Assembly: GCF_963506605.1 (NCBI RefSeq)
Contig: NC_083276.1
Location: forward strand, 84,630,001-84,694,000
DNA length: 64,000 nucleotides
Direction: 5' to 3'
Source: Zootoca vivipara
Taxonomy: Eukaryota
Below the pieces are notes generated by a model. That model ran no database searches. It saw nothing but the letters and a program-made list of their open reading frames with translations, and had not been told where the DNA came from. A program made the translations under genes and the position numbers. The stretch's first letter is position 1; each line of letters begins with the position of its first letter. Positions 62,854 to 64,000 of the stretch are shown in pieces.

Positions 62854-63999
62854 CTAGGAGTTATAGGAGCAGCTGGAAGGGGAGGTCAGGGGAGAGGAGA
62901 AACTGCCCCTGCCAGGGATCTTATTTACTCTGCTCAGGAGCCTGCCAGAGATATCTGGGAGATGAGGTGTCATTCCCCCTCCTGTCCAGTAGGCTCCTCT
63001 TGGGATGTGTGCATGGATTGCTCTGCCGACGCATGGATTCCTGTCCCCTCTGGGCCAGTTGGAATGGTCTACAAATATATGGTTTCCACACAGGAAAGGA
63101 TTGCCTCCAGTATGGAGCTGCCTTGCCCCTCTCTGAGGTGGGTTGTTTATGTTGGGGAGCTGGCTCATACTGCTTGCCCACTTGTCTCCTTCTGAAATGG
63201 GCTCTTTGGAAGGCTGGTGCCCTCTGCACAAAAGCTTCCTCGTTCCATCCAGGAATTTCCTCATGCCTCCCAGAAGCCCTTCCGAGCTCTCCACTGGCTG
63301 CTTCCTGCCTCCATTGGGTCCCTGACCCTGCTCCTCAGGTGGCACAGCTGGCGGAGTACTTCCAGTTGTCCCCCTAAGGGAGGCGGGTGATGCTTCATTG
63401 CGACCCGAAGACGGCCTGCTTCCAGAAGCCGGCCTGTAGCCAGCAGGTCCTTGAGCATCTTCAGCATCTCCAGAAGATGGATCCAGAGGGTCGTGGGAGT
63501 AGCCACATCTGGGATGTGAGATGCATTCCCTCTGAGGGTTATTCCAACCCGTAGGGAACTCAAATTCAGGAGTCGTGGCATCTTTAAGCTCCGATTCATT
63601 CTGCTGCGGGGGCCACTCATACACAGGTGAGTACTCGCAATCATATGGAGACTCGTACACCGGGGAGTCCTTGCAGGTATAGTGCGTTTCGTATATTGGA
63701 GGAGTATCGTAGCCGTATTGCCATTCATACAAAGAAGAGTTGTCGAACCTGTACTGAGACTTTGGTCCAGAGGTCTCATATATGTATGGCGAATCAGATG
63801 GAGAGAAGTCATCATCGTACTGTGACTCATAAATGGGGGAGTATCTGCAGCTATACCGAGGGTCATATATGGTAGAAAACTCATACGCATTTTGTGACTC
63901 GTACACAGGAGAGGCTGTGTATTTACAATGGGCTCCATTTTTCTTCACAGGAGATGAGCACCTGGAAGGCATCTCATAAGCCGTGTAAGAACTGCATCC
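62854..63999 (-). CDS. Terminal exon of an upstream gene encoding Tyr-rich 12-aa repeats; possible fifth DNAJB2-family copy
   Basis: ORF 62854..63972 stays open to the window edge (>=381 aa); AATAAA at 62809-62804; same strand and array-like spacing; repeated SP[VI]YE motif. Confidence 0.7.
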   Translation of the reverse strand, partial: GCSSYTAYEMPSRCSSPVKKNGAHCKYTASPVYESQNAYEFSTIYDPRYSCRYSPIYESQYDDDFSPSDSPYIYETSGPKSQYRFDNSSLYEWQYGYDTPPIYETHYTCKDSPVYESPYDCEYSPVYEWPPQQNESELKDATTPEFEFPTGWNNPQRECISHPRCGYSHDPLDPSSGDAEDAQGPAGYRPASGSRPSSGRNEASPASLRGTTGSTPPAVPPEEQGQGPNGGRKQPVESSEGLLGGMRKFLDGTRKLLCRGHQPSKEPISEGDKWASSMSQLPNINNPPQRGARQLHTGGNPFLCGNHIFVDHSNWPRGDRNPCVGRAIHAHIPRGAYWTGGGMTPHLPDISGRLLSRVNKIPGRGSFSSPLTSPSSCSYNS

Positions 64000-64000
64000 A

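Overview
Vertebrate genomic DNA, almost certainly squamate reptile and probably a lacertid lizard (Sauria SINEs, Bov-B/RTE 3' ends, L2, Penelope-type fragments, many hAT and Tc1/mariner-pogo MITEs). The window holds a head-to-tail tandem array of spliced DNAJB2 (HSJ1)-family J-domain co-chaperone genes on the minus strand, reconstructed by hand from GT-AG exons with the DNAJB2-type 65/110/54-60/~115/~105/103/71-nt pattern. Copy 1 (<1-6892) has a CpG-island promoter, is probably the true DNAJB2 ortholog, and runs off the left edge. Copy 2 (16105-25710, 390 aa) has a full layout with degenerate UIMs and a CaaX end (CTVL). Copy 3 (32542-40979, ~641 aa) is a J-domain fused to an unrelated 546-aa charged low-complexity tail. 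Copy 4 (45796-57202, 256 aa) lacks one internal exon and has a new acidic tail. A large terminal exon at 62854->64000 encodes Tyr-rich 12-aa repeats and may be a fifth copy. All four J-domains keep HPD while the C-termini differ completely. All four copies carry a homologous upstream CRE-like element, three of them with a CCAAT box at identical 24-nt spacing, and CpG decay in copies 2-4. All gene models are manual, without RNA evidence. One assembly gap lies at 49113-49298.
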